Below are positions 1 to 9,194 of a stretch of 64,000 nucleotides of DNA, piece after piece. Origin of the DNA: an uncultured bacterium (GTDB taxonomy: Bacteria; Patescibacteriota; Minisyncoccia; Phycocordibacterales; UBA11359); the NCBI GenBank assembly GCA_903831815.1, contig CAIKZC010000001.1:20188-84187 (forward strand), given 5' to 3'. Both the position numbers and the translations under genes were made by a program. Numbering within the stretch: position 1 is the stretch's first letter; every line of letters starts with the position of its first letter. Below the pieces are notes generated by a model. That model had not been told where the DNA came from and made no database searches. It saw only the letters and a program-made list of their open reading frames with translations.

Positions 1-420
1 GTCCATCCTATCCGCGAGCGCCATACCCACAGCTTGCGAGAGACCTTCACCAAGCGGCCCGGAACTTGTTTCTAAAAACGGCAAAAAATCGCGATGCGGA
101 TGTCCTTGCAAACGTGAACCAAATTTTCGTAATGTTTTTAATTCTTCGATTGGAAAATATCCGGCATGAGCCAGAGTTGCGTACAAAACCGGACAAATAT
201 GGCCGTTGGATAAAATAACGCGGTCACGTTCGATCCAATCCGGATGTTTCGGGTCGTGATGTAAAACATGAAAATACAATGCCGTAAAAATATCGGCCAT
301 ACCAAGAGCACCGGCCGTATGTCCGGAACCGGCCGCCAACAACATCTCAATAATCGACTGACGAATATCGTTAGCTTTTCTTTCTAATTCAATGATCTTG
401 TTGCCGCTAATGTCGTCCAT
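1..420 (-). CDS. Transketolase N-terminal (TPP-binding) subunit, runs off the window start
   Basis: Manual translation from ATG at 420: MDDISGNKIIELERKANDIRQSIIEMLLAAGSGHTAGALG...RDRVILSNGHICP...LQGHPH...ETSSGPLGEGLSQAVGMA. Not in the ORF track because it is truncated; lies next to rpe/rpiB. Confidence 0.93.
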   Translation of the reverse strand, partial: MDDISGNKIIELERKANDIRQSIIEMLLAAGSGHTAGALGMADIFTALYFHVLHHDPKHPDWIERDRVILSNGHICPVLYATLAHAGYFPIEELKTLRKFGSRLQGHPHRDFLPFLETSSGPLGEGLSQAVGMALADRMD

Positions 421-450
421 TTTTAAATTTTAAAAAACGCCGTTTTTTTG

Positions 451-1155
451 TTAATTTCCAAGATGTTTAAATTCTTTTATCGTCGCACCAATATCTTCAC
501 TTTTAAAAATCGCCGAACCAACCACCAATCGATTCGCGCCGGCGGCAATAAGTTCGGGTGCCGTGTCTAGAGAAACCGCTCCGTCAACACTTATTATAAT
601 CTTTGGGTCGTGTGCTCGCAATGTGCGAATCTTGCCCAAAACTCTTTCATCAAAAGGATTTCCCTGCACACCAATTTCCGCGATGCCCATAAATTGTATA
701 AAATCGATTTTATCCAGAAAAGGATAAAGAGATTCGACTGGTGTATCAATATTTTGCGCGACACCAATCTCACAATCAAAAACATCCGGTTGTTCGCTTT
801 TTGGGAAGCGCTCGCGAAAATCCGATAGGATTTTCGCGAGATTGTCCGTGCTCTCTTCATGTACTACAATGCGTCGCACACCGGCAGCGATCCAATCATT
901 TATCACTTCCTCCGGTCTCATGACCATGAGGTCAACCTCAAAATCAAACTGATCCCAATAAGGCAAACCTTCATCTTCATGTAAAATACCTTGAAAATAT
1001 TCTTCGTCTTCAGTGTACGGCCAAGAAACATCTTCCACAAATTTTCCATCCATAACATCAATTTGTGCCACAGACATATGTCCCGCCACCTGCGCCAGTT
1101 TAGATTGGAGGTCAGTTGTGCTAGTTGGCATCACCGCCGGAATAATTTCGATCAT
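451..1155 (-). CDS. rpe: Ribulose-phosphate 3-epimerase
   Basis: QIDVMDGKFV, EVDLM, VDGAV and LVVGSAIF motifs; pentose-phosphate gene context. Confidence 0.9.
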   Translation of the reverse strand: MIEIIPAVMPTSTTDLQSKLAQVAGHMSVAQIDVMDGKFVEDVSWPYTEDEEYFQGILHEDEGLPYWDQFDFEVDLMVMRPEEVINDWIAAGVRRIVVHEESTDNLAKILSDFRERFPKSEQPDVFDCEIGVAQNIDTPVESLYPFLDKIDFIQFMGIAEIGVQGNPFDERVLGKIRTLRAHDPKIIISVDGAVSLDTAPELIAAGANRLVVGSAIFKSEDIGATIKEFKHLGN

Positions 1156-1207
1156 TGTGAATTAAATAAAAAAATAATTTTAAATCTTCTATATTTTTCT
1201 GTTTTAT

Positions 1208-1726
1208 TTAAGGTTTAATTTCTTCAATTTCCTCAATTCTCCTCTTATGCCTTTCTTCACCGGAAAAAGGCGTTTCCAACCAAAGTTTTACTGCCGCTTT
1301 AGCTTCGTTTTCATCCAAAAACTTTGCTCCAAGAGAAAGAACATTAGCATCATTATGCTGACGCGAAAGTTCAATAATGCGCATGGCGGTAATCGCTTCC
1401 ATTTCCGCTTTTTTAGCAGTATTTTTATTTTGTCCATCTTGCTCCAAACCAAAACCATAATAGACCGCTGCACGCACGTGTGGAAATTTGTTAGCCACCA
1501 TTGCCTCACCTTGACCCGACGCACCAATTACAATTCCTTTTTCCATTCCGGCATGTTTTGAAATTTCATGTGCGACAGGAGTAATATAATCCGGATAATC
1601 ATCACTTGGATCAAGTTTTTTCGGTCCGCAATCGTGCACTTCATATCCAAGCTCTTCCAAAAAAGGTTTCAAAGCCTCCTTCATCTCAAACCCCGCATGA
1701 TCCGACCCGATAATAATTTTTTTCAT
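1208..1726 (-). CDS. rpiB: Ribose-5-phosphate isomerase B (RpiB/LacA/LacB family)
   Basis: IGSDHAGF, DDYPD, SRQHNDANVLSLG and RHKRRI motifs. Confidence 0.93.
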   Translation of the reverse strand: MKKIIIGSDHAGFEMKEALKPFLEELGYEVHDCGPKKLDPSDDYPDYITPVAHEISKHAGMEKGIVIGASGQGEAMVANKFPHVRAAVYYGFGLEQDGQNKNTAKKAEMEAITAMRIIELSRQHNDANVLSLGAKFLDENEAKAAVKLWLETPFSGEERHKRRIEEIEEIKP

Positions 1727-1781
1727 ATTTATCTTATTTATAAATTTTCATTCATCATTTTACATAATGGATGACCTTTTT

Positions 1782-2111
1782 TTATGAAAACCCAAATAAA
1801 TTACCGCTCAATATAGCAACAAAGAACGATAATATTACAAAAACTACCGCTATTACAGCCAATGTTACCAATAATCTTTTTGCAAATTTTTTATATTGTA
1901 TTCTATCACTTATCGTATTCCCCGACTTAGCTGACAGTTTTCCATATATCCACCCTACAGCTGATCCAATAATTATGGCCAAAATAGATATAGTAAAAAA
2001 CGTAGATATAAAATCATGTCTATCTTCACTAAGTGCAAAACTTATTAACCAAAGCACAATCCAAACACTTTCAAATGAAATCGCTCCAAGTAACCAATAT
2101 TTTTTATTCAT
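1782..2111 (-). CDS. Small membrane protein (about 3 TM helices), hypothetical
   Basis: 109-aa ORF with three hydrophobic stretches, co-oriented with the operon, AT-rich. Confidence 0.6.
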   Translation of the reverse strand: MNKKYWLLGAISFESVWIVLWLISFALSEDRHDFISTFFTISILAIIIGSAVGWIYGKLSAKSGNTISDRIQYKKFAKRLLVTLAVIAVVFVILSFFVAILSGNLFGFS

Positions 2112-2122
2112 AAAATTTTAAA

Positions 2123-2194
2123 TATTTTATCGATTCTGCTGTCTTAACTACATGATCCACCAGCGTGTACATATACCACCATCTCATTGTCGTA
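2123..2194 (-). pseudogene. Fragment homologous to the 3' end of gap (about 23 codons)
   Basis: Aligns to 3205-3275 with 13 substitutions and 1 indel in 72 nt; reads YDNEM(fs)GYMYTLVDHVVKTAESIK versus gap YDNEMGYTYTLVDHVIKTAESIK. Confidence 0.85.
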
Positions 2195-2200
2195 TATTTT

Positions 2201-2749
2201 TTATTTATAAAAATCTTCTTCTTCGTAGTAATATGACTGCTCCACACCCTTCATGAAAACTTCACGATCATCAATTTTATCGGTCAAGGCACCACGCAAA
2301 AGCTCGCAAATTTCGAGACTATTCACTGGGCTACGTTGCATAGCGTTCAAATAATCCGCTTTATCAATCTTTAACCAATCAACGCATTGTCTAAGATTTT
2401 TTTTCAATATCAAATCTAACCAAATTCTCATACTCCTACCGTTGCCCTCCATAAACGGATGTGCGATATTCATTTCTACGTATTTGGCTACAATTTCTTC
2501 AAAAGTACTTTCTGACATTTCGCTAATACTTTTTAAACTTTCACTCAGATATAAACAAGAGGCAAACCGGAAACCACCTTTGCTTATATCCTTTGTTCGA
2601 ATTTGGCCAGCAAAATCGTAATGACCACCAAACAAATATTCGTGAATTTGTTGCAACCCTTTTGCTGTACCAATCTCAAAACTGTCAATTTCTTGACTAC
2701 CAAACAGTTTTTTAGCACGTTCTTTGCTGATTTCGTCAACTTCTTGCAT
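2201..2749 (-). CDS. fic: Fic-family protein adenylyltransferase
   Basis: Canonical Fic motif [12 protein letters not shown]; C-terminal SYYYE of class III Fic proteins; own extended -10 (TGGTATAAT) just upstream. Confidence 0.9.
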   Translation of the reverse strand: MQEVDEISKERAKKLFGSQEIDSFEIGTAKGLQQIHEYLFGGHYDFAGQIRTKDISKGGFRFASCLYLSESLKSISEMSESTFEEIVAKYVEMNIAHPFMEGNGRSMRIWLDLILKKNLRQCVDWLKIDKADYLNAMQRSPVNSLEICELLRGALTDKIDDREVFMKGVEQSYYYEEEDFYK

Positions 2750-2785
2750 AGCGATATTATACCATTTTTATTGACATTTTTCTAG

Positions 2786-2876
2786 TTCAAAACCAAACTC
2801 TTCCAAAAAAGGTTTCAAAACCTCCTTCATCGCAAACCTCGCATGATTCGACCCGATAATAATTTTTTTCATATTT
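2786..2876 (-). pseudogene. Decayed copy of the rpiB 5' end (about 30 codons)
   Basis: 7 mismatches in 91 nt versus 1640-1730; reads MKKIIIGSNHARFAMKEVLKPFLEEFGFE then stops shortly after. Confidence 0.88.
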
Positions 2877-3197
2877 TATTTTTTTCGAAATACCCCCCCA
2901 AAAAATCATGATAATAAAAAGATAGATAATGTAAGAGAAAACCAAATCAATAATATGTAGACTAGGACAATTTAAATAACTAGGAAAACTACTTGCCTGG
3001 TCTCTGCAGGATGCTGGTGCAACAAATAAATCGATTATTGCTCCTGGAAAAGTCGGGACTATAACTAAAACTGAGTTTATTGAACTACTGTCCAGAATAT
3101 CATTTTTTTGTGATTCACTTGTGAAATCAAAAAATACAAGCATAATTACAAAAATAACTGTTAACACTACAAGGCTTTTTATAGGTAATATTCTCAT
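2787..3197 (-). CDS. Hypothetical membrane protein; the C-terminal ~30 aa are out-of-frame readthrough into the rpiB copy
   Basis: Hydrophobic N- and C-terminal segments; begins 6 nt after the gap stop. Confidence 0.55.
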   Translation of the reverse strand: MRILPIKSLVVLTVIFVIMLVFFDFTSESQKNDILDSSSINSVLVIVPTFPGAIIDLFVAPASCRDQASSFPSYLNCPSLHIIDLVFSYIIYLFIIMIFWGGISKKIKYEKNYYRVESCEVCDEGGFETFFGRVWF

Positions 3198-3203
3198 ATA
3201 CAG

Positions 3204-4232
3204 TTATTTTATCGACTCAGCTGTTTTAATAACGTGATCGACCAAAGTGTATGTATACCCCATTTCGTTGTCGTACCAAGCGAAGACTTTGACGAGATTG
3301 CCGCCAACGACGCGAGTGAGAGCGAGGTCTGCGAGCGAAGCATATTTGCAACCGACAATGTCTGATGAAACGAGCGGTTCTTCAGTCACAGAAAATACTT
3401 TACTCCAACGATCGGATTTAGCCGCTTCTTTCAAAATATTATTTACTTCCTCGGCAGTCGTGTCTCGTTTTGCGATAAAAGTAATATCAACGATCGAGCC
3501 AACTACGACAGGCACGCGAATTGAAACACCATCAAACTTGCCTTTCAAATCAGTCAAAACTTTGGTCACAGCGATGGCGGCACCGGTCGATGAAGGCACG
3601 ATGTTTTGCGCTGCGGCACGTCCTTCACGAAAATCTTTTTTGTTTGGTCCATCCACAATTCCCTGACTGGCCGTGTAAGCATGCACAGTGTTAAGCAAAG
3701 CTTTTTCAATTCCAATTTTTTCGTGCAAAATAGCGATAAGTGGTGATCCGGCATTGGTCGTGCAAGAAGCGTTTGAACTGATCACGCAATTTGCCAAAGT
3801 ATCATCATTGATTCCCATGAGCACGGTGCCACCAGCAATGCCTGGCAAAGGTTCGTCTTTGACCGGTGCACTGATCACAACTTTTTTAGCTCCGGCAGTA
3901 ATGTGAGCTTGAGCTTTTTCATAAGTCGTGAAAAGTCCGGTCGATTCAACCACAACATCGATTCCAAGAGCGCCCCATGGCAATTTAGCCGGATCTTTTT
4001 CACTTAAATATTTTATCGCTTTGCCATCCACCACAATACTGTCGCCTTGTACTTCCACAGAAAAATCGCTCACACCGTAAGCCGTGTCGTATTTCAAAAG
4101 ATAAGCAATGCTTTTGATGTCACCAAGATCATTCATGGCCACGATCTCAATTTCCGGATGTTGACGCGCGACTTTTAGAAAAGCTCGCCCGATTCTGCCC
4201 GCACCATTTATCGCCACTTTAATTGTTTTCAT
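3204..4232 (-). CDS. gap: Type I glyceraldehyde-3-phosphate dehydrogenase
   Basis: INGAGRIGR, SNASCTTN catalytic motif, WYDNE. Confidence 0.97.
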   Translation of the reverse strand: MKTIKVAINGAGRIGRAFLKVARQHPEIEIVAMNDLGDIKSIAYLLKYDTAYGVSDFSVEVQGDSIVVDGKAIKYLSEKDPAKLPWGALGIDVVVESTGLFTTYEKAQAHITAGAKKVVISAPVKDEPLPGIAGGTVLMGINDDTLANCVISSNASCTTNAGSPLIAILHEKIGIEKALLNTVHAYTASQGIVDGPNKKDFREGRAAAQNIVPSSTGAAIAVTKVLTDLKGKFDGVSIRVPVVVGSIVDITFIAKRDTTAEEVNNILKEAAKSDRWSKVFSVTEEPLVSSDIVGCKYASLADLALTRVVGGNLVKVFAWYDNEMGYTYTLVDHVIKTAESIK

Positions 4233-4283
4233 ATTTGCGTATCTATTAATATATAAAGGTATATTTAGTATACCACAGGCTTT

Positions 4284-5717
4284 TTACTTCAAAATCACAC
4301 TTTGACCGACCGTAAATCCGCCGTTTTTGACCGTTCCGGCCGGCAATTCCAAAACATATCGTACAGGTACGTGAGGCATGTATGCTTTTGGATAACTTTC
4401 CGGTGTCATATTTTCCACAATATCGCTAATTTTTAAATCATCAGTTATCCACAAAACATCAATTGGAAAGTTCATGTCTTTCATCCAAATCCCCCAGCCT
4501 GAATCATAACCAAAAACAAAAAACATGCCGGCGTTTGGAGCCAACGATGTTCTGCTCGAAAGACCTTGAATTTGTTCAGCTTCGGTCGTCGCCAATTCAG
4601 CGTTGATATAAATATTTCCGATTTGAATTATTCGAGAATTGGACGTATTTTTTAAATCGGAAATATTTCTTGGTAAAACCATCTCACCGTTCGGAACTTC
4701 TAGAACCTCGAGGTCTTTTTGTCTTTCTTCACCCACTAAAACATTAGATTGTTGATTTAAGATCGAAATCGGAAATAGATCATAAGTCACATTTTCCGGA
4801 GTCAAAGAAATTTTAACCGCCAAACCGCGAGTGGTCGGGCCGGTATTAGCTTGATCAAAAATAAAATTACCGAGGGAATAGAAAATGAATTTATTTTTAT
4901 AATTTTCTATTGGCTGGATCACATGAGGATGTGAACCAATCACAACATCGGCTCCAGCGTCGATGAAAGAATGTGCTGTTTTTATTTGCGTAGATGTCGC
5001 GTTCATTTCGTATTCGTTGCCCCAATGCGCATAAACAACCACGAAAGAGACTTTATCTTTCGCGTTTTGAATTGCTTGCAAGACATTTTTCAACCCTTGC
5101 TGCGCAAATTCGTTGTAACCGATAAAAGCAAGTTTTTCATCTCGGACTTCGGCAATATATGGCGTAACATCTTGATTTCTTGGATCACCAAACCAATTCA
5201 ATCCCGCTTTTTCTATTGAAGAAGTCGATTGCCTAAAACCGGCCATGCCAAAATTAAGAGTATGGTTGTTGGCTTGATCAAGTAAAGTAAAACCTAGATC
5301 TTTGAGTGTCGGCAAAAGTGCCGGATCAAAAGTAAATTGCAACGGTCCATCTTTTACACCGACCGTTAAAGAATTATTGTAAGTAAAAGGACCTTCGGCA
5401 TTTGCCACCACGATGTCATTGGCATTTCCGGTTGCATCTCCCCTCAAAAAATCCTTGATCAAAGCAAAAGGATATTCCGGACCGTTTAAATCTATCTGCT
5501 CCCTAACTTTTCGATCAAGCATCATGTCGCCAAAAGCTAGAATCGTCACAGGTTTCAATGCAATGGGTTTTACTTCAGACAAAACACTTTTTGACGAATT
5601 TGAGACAACCGAACTAAACCAACCGAAGTTAGTTTGACCGTAAAGAAGCAAACCAAATAAGCCAATAACAAAACACCACAATAAACCGACAATAAAAAAA
5701 ATAGTTTTTTTATTCAT
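4284..5717 (-). CDS. CapA/PGA_cap metallophosphatase-like protein fused to a C-terminal DUF192 domain
   Basis: N-terminal TM helix; GDMMLDR, ANNH, HWGNE, GSHPHV, YSLGNFIFDQ (CapA); then GLSSR..GMFFVF..IWMKDMNFPID..YVLELPAG (DUF192). Confidence 0.85.
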   Translation of the reverse strand: MNKKTIFFIVGLLWCFVIGLFGLLLYGQTNFGWFSSVVSNSSKSVLSEVKPIALKPVTILAFGDMMLDRKVREQIDLNGPEYPFALIKDFLRGDATGNANDIVVANAEGPFTYNNSLTVGVKDGPLQFTFDPALLPTLKDLGFTLLDQANNHTLNFGMAGFRQSTSSIEKAGLNWFGDPRNQDVTPYIAEVRDEKLAFIGYNEFAQQGLKNVLQAIQNAKDKVSFVVVYAHWGNEYEMNATSTQIKTAHSFIDAGADVVIGSHPHVIQPIENYKNKFIFYSLGNFIFDQANTGPTTRGLAVKISLTPENVTYDLFPISILNQQSNVLVGEERQKDLEVLEVPNGEMVLPRNISDLKNTSNSRIIQIGNIYINAELATTEAEQIQGLSSRTSLAPNAGMFFVFGYDSGWGIWMKDMNFPIDVLWITDDLKISDIVENMTPESYPKAYMPHVPVRYVLELPAGTVKNGGFTVGQSVILK

Positions 5718-5732
5718 TAACAAAAACAATCC

Positions 5733-6038
5733 CTAAGAATTACTGGCAATACTTGCGCGAACATCGATAAGTTTTTTCTGATCGTTCAACTCTTTGGTCA
5801 TTTTATCAATTTCCTTAATAGCAGACATGCCCTCTTTTTGCAATCGAACTTTTTGTTCGCCGGCTTCCACGTCAATATCGACGGCTTCCATAAAAAATTC
5901 GAACATTATTTTCTTTTTCAGGTCTTCCGGTAGTTCATTTATATGTTCGGACAAATACGCCCGAGCACCCTTCTCATCACCATTTTCGACAAATGCCATG
6001 AGAGTCTTATATAGTTCTGAGATTTTGTTGGTATCCAT
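5733..6038 (-). CDS. Hypothetical protein
   Basis: 101-aa helical, charged ORF co-oriented with its neighbours. Confidence 0.65.
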   Translation of the reverse strand: MDTNKISELYKTLMAFVENGDEKGARAYLSEHINELPEDLKKKIMFEFFMEAVDIDVEAGEQKVRLQKEGMSAIKEIDKMTKELNDQKKLIDVRASIASNS

Positions 6039-6057
6039 TTTATTAATATTAATGAAA

Positions 6058-7182
6058 TTATTTTAAGCTAGCTTTTTTAGTATCAATAAAAGGATTGAAC
6101 AGATTTGCGAAGATAGCTCCCCAAAGTCCACGACCGGAATATTTTTTGCCATCCTTTTTCAAACCGTCGACAAATTCATCTCTGATACGATCTTTTTCAT
6201 CGTCGTCGAATTTATCCCAAGACTTATGTTTTTTGGAGACATTTTCCTGTATACATTCTTCCCACATTTGATCGACTTTTGGATCAGAAGGAAAAGTATT
6301 TTTCATATCTTTAAATCCTACCCTTTCCACTTTCAAAGATTCACCAAAAATCGCTTTTGATAAAGCTGCTGTCATATCATAATTACCCTTAATAGTTGCA
6401 CTCAATACTGAACCAATATTTTTTTTATGGTTTTCGAGCTCTGCAAGCCAAGCGCCAACTTCATTTTTTTTTGCTTCGAGCGTCTGAACATCTTTACCGG
6501 AACCGCTCCCTGCAAACATGGTATCAAAAAGTCTTCTATACCACCCCAAAAAACCATCTCCCCAAGATGCCCGAACCATTTCTGAAAAAGCTTCTTCACG
6601 TTTGGAATGATCTTTTATCAACATTGCTTGAGCATAAGCAGTTTCATCCCAACCGTTTTCATCGCACATTTTTTTAACCGAATCATCCAATTTTTTTCGA
6701 CTGTCTCCTTCGTCGCTTTGTTTTTGCTCGATAGCCTTTAAAAGTTTCTCAAAGCGTGTCGAATCACTTATCGCAAGTTCATTCAACCTCGAATCAACAA
6801 CATCCTTCATGTTATCCGCTGTAACTTTCCCAAGTAAGGCTTTAAATTCCTGATCATTTTTACCAAGATCGGTAATTAACTCCACAGTTAACTCTTTTTT
6901 AATAGTTTCAACCTGATCCATCTTTTTTTCAAATGCTACTCGTTGCTTTTCAAGACGATCGTGGTCTTCTTGACGGATCTCTGATTTGGCGATCTGATCA
7001 GCGAGCTGTTCGTCCTCTTCTTCCCCAGTATCAACAAGCATTTGAACAAACAAATCACTTTTTTCCTTGTCAGCTAAAATCTCCTTGACTGTCAAAGGTT
7101 CTTTTTCAACTATTCCAGCTTTCGCTTTTTCTTCCTTATCAATCCTCTCTTGCTCCCTTTGGTATGCTTCGGTTATTCCCAT
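6058..7182 (-). CDS. Hypothetical coiled-coil protein
   Basis: 374-aa highly charged, helical ORF with no recognisable motif. Confidence 0.7.
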   Translation of the reverse strand: MGITEAYQREQERIDKEEKAKAGIVEKEPLTVKEILADKEKSDLFVQMLVDTGEEEDEQLADQIAKSEIRQEDHDRLEKQRVAFEKKMDQVETIKKELTVELITDLGKNDQEFKALLGKVTADNMKDVVDSRLNELAISDSTRFEKLLKAIEQKQSDEGDSRKKLDDSVKKMCDENGWDETAYAQAMLIKDHSKREEAFSEMVRASWGDGFLGWYRRLFDTMFAGSGSGKDVQTLEAKKNEVGAWLAELENHKKNIGSVLSATIKGNYDMTAALSKAIFGESLKVERVGFKDMKNTFPSDPKVDQMWEECIQENVSKKHKSWDKFDDDEKDRIRDEFVDGLKKDGKKYSGRGLWGAIFANLFNPFIDTKKASLK

Positions 7183-7266
7183 AGTATTAATTGATCCTAG
7201 TAATAAGATTTATACATATAATATTACTCCAAGACACGAATAATTACCATTGAGAAAAAATAAACT

Positions 7267-7335
7267 CTGCGGGCTGTTTGGTTCGAAGTTGGAACCTTTA
7301 TAAGCACAGTATACAACAAAAACACCCCTTTGTAG
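7267..7335 (+). other. Left att site carrying the displaced C-terminal codons of the recombinase (LRAVWFEVGTFISTVYNKNTPL*)
   Basis: Starts with the same CTGCGG as the right junction; open for 22 codons up to a stop lying inside a terminator-like hairpin. Confidence 0.6.
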
Positions 7336-7347
7336 GAGTGTCTTTGT
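7316..7347. terminator. Hairpin terminator at the element's left end
   Basis: ACAAAAACACCCCT-TTGT-AGGAGTGTCTTTGT imperfect inverted repeat. Confidence 0.6.
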
Positions 7348-7401
7348 AAGCTTTTAAACAAGAGGAAATATGATCCACCGTCTTACGTATCGTTAGACTG
7401 A

Positions 7402-8109
7402 TTATCCTTGTGTTTGAGGGAGACACATAAACGACTCAAAAACCGGAGTTAAAGAAATGGTGGGTAGTACGGAACTGATTAAAAAGTTTGCAGACTCTTG
7501 CAAATCACCCTTCCCAGAAACCCTAACGGTCAATAAACTGGCACTATTTTTGCTTAATACGGTTGCTTGAAGCACAGGGTTTTTTACATCTGGATTAGAA
7601 CACTCTGTGCATGTTTTTGTACCCGCCACATGAGCAATATAACCATTGGTTAATGTGATTGTTTTATCTAGATCCGGTTTACCAAAACCATACGCAACAA
7701 TGTTATCTTTTGGATAACCCGGCCAACCACACTGTCTTGGGCTATACTGAACAGTAATTGAGTCTGTCTTTGCTTCAAAATTATTCATACCACCATCAAC
7801 AAAGTTCCTTTCCTTGATTACCTCAGGGCCTGCATATTTAAATCCAAATCCATATTGAGTATTTGTATACGTTTTCAAATTACTCATCTGGTTAGACGGC
7901 GTTGTGTTCGTCTTTACAACAGCTTGATTGGTCGGAGTGTTTTGAGTAGTTATAGGCTGAGTGTTTCCGGTCGTTGTCTGAGAACTATTTACTTGTTGTG
8001 TCGTCTGACCATTACTTTGTGAATAAATATAAATACCAAATGCTAACACCAATAAAACAATAATTATTGATAAAACCAACACTGCCGAACCTTTTTGTGT
8101 ATTTTTCAT
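7402..8109 (-). CDS. Membrane-anchored surface protein with a prepilin-like leader, T/Q/N-rich linker and PsbP-like domain (element cargo)
   Basis: MKNTQKG|S followed by a hydrophobic helix; low-complexity linker; LKTYTNTQYGFGFKY motif typical of CPR PsbP-like surface proteins; 4 Cys. Confidence 0.65.
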   Translation of the reverse strand: MKNTQKGSAVLVLSIIIVLLVLAFGIYIYSQSNGQTTQQVNSSQTTTGNTQPITTQNTPTNQAVVKTNTTPSNQMSNLKTYTNTQYGFGFKYAGPEVIKERNFVDGGMNNFEAKTDSITVQYSPRQCGWPGYPKDNIVAYGFGKPDLDKTITLTNGYIAHVAGTKTCTECSNPDVKNPVLQATVLSKNSASLLTVRVSGKGDLQESANFLISSVLPTISLTPVFESFMCLPQTQG

Positions 8110-8206
8110 ATTGTGTTTAATGGTACAACATATTTTACAAAATGAACAGGTGCGTGGTGTAAATTGAATTTTTAAGGAAAACGAGTAGTATTACGTTCAT
8201 AATTTT

Positions 8207-9124
8207 ATGGATCTGCTTATCGCACAATTAGACCAAAAATACAAAGACTTCTTGCGTAATTTGAACTACAAAGAACCTGCCGATTCTGTAGCTTTTGGCC
8301 ATGCGTATGACTACTTTTGTATCATTGAAAAGCAACCTCGAATAAAAGAAATTATCGAAAACGATAGGAAGGAAATTGGATATAAAAAAGATGCTGTCGT
8401 ATTTAATCATCCTTCAATTGACGAGCAAAAAGACATAATGGACAGAATTGAGTGGAATTCCTTGTCTTTCTGCTATGACGAAATGTCGAGAGATATGTAT
8501 ATTCCTACTCTTAAATACAAAAATTCACTTGATGTACTTACACCGAAAGACATCATCGGCATAACTGAAATCCGCCGAGAAAAGTTTATAAGTTTCATGT
8601 TCTATCTCGTCAAAAAAGTAGGAAAATGGTTTGTAACCGATCGATCAGATTCCGACATTGATAATAGAATTGCTCTAGGCAAAATCGAATACAATTTCAA
8701 GCAAGAAAAATATCAGGTCTATATGAGTCGAATCCACTCAATTCTCATTCCTCAACTTTTAGAAATTCACACCAAGAAACCGATAGATGTGTCTGATCCG
8801 GAAGACCTAAACGGCATTTCTTTCGATAAAGAAAATAGCATTTTAAAAATCGGCGACAAAGAGGTAAAAATTACTTTGAAAAATGATAAAACAAACGGTC
8901 ATTATGTTCTCGAATATCTTTTTGAAAATGGCGTGGAAAATCCAGCCGATTATAAAGACATCATCATATCAAAATTCAAAGGCGACAGGAAAGATAACAT
9001 GTCCATTTATCGAGCTTGCAATGACATCAACAAAAAGGTTTCCAAACAAGCCGGTGTAGGTGAATTTTTGGATATTCACAGCGGAAAAACGGGCTGGGTT
9101 CAGATATATTCTAACTTTCTCTAA
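8207..9124 (+). CDS. Hypothetical protein with a probable C-terminal winged-HTH (OmpR-like) DNA-binding domain
   Basis: C-terminal pattern FDKENSILKIG...VLEYLF...SIYRACNDINKK...WVQI resembles a beta-sheet plus wHTH (recognised by eye). Confidence 0.6.
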   Translation: MDLLIAQLDQKYKDFLRNLNYKEPADSVAFGHAYDYFCIIEKQPRIKEIIENDRKEIGYKKDAVVFNHPSIDEQKDIMDRIEWNSLSFCYDEMSRDMYIPTLKYKNSLDVLTPKDIIGITEIRREKFISFMFYLVKKVGKWFVTDRSDSDIDNRIALGKIEYNFKQEKYQVYMSRIHSILIPQLLEIHTKKPIDVSDPEDLNGISFDKENSILKIGDKEVKITLKNDKTNGHYVLEYLFENGVENPADYKDIIISKFKGDRKDNMSIYRACNDINKKVSKQAGVGEFLDIHSGKTGWVQIYSNFL

Positions 9125-9125
9125 A

Positions 9126-9147
9126 GTTACCCGTAAAATACGGTAAC
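9126..9147. promoter_or_regulatory. Inverted repeat upstream of the small gene-rep-recombinase unit; possible operator
   Basis: GTTACCCGTA-AAA-TACGGTAAC. Confidence 0.4.
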
Positions 9148-9194
9148 GCTGAAAATATAAGATTGCCTCGCACAAACAAAGTGCGAGCTTTTGT

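Noticed and set aside
138-350. 70-aa ORF in the track
   Set aside because: Alternative frame of the truncated transketolase gene (1-420).
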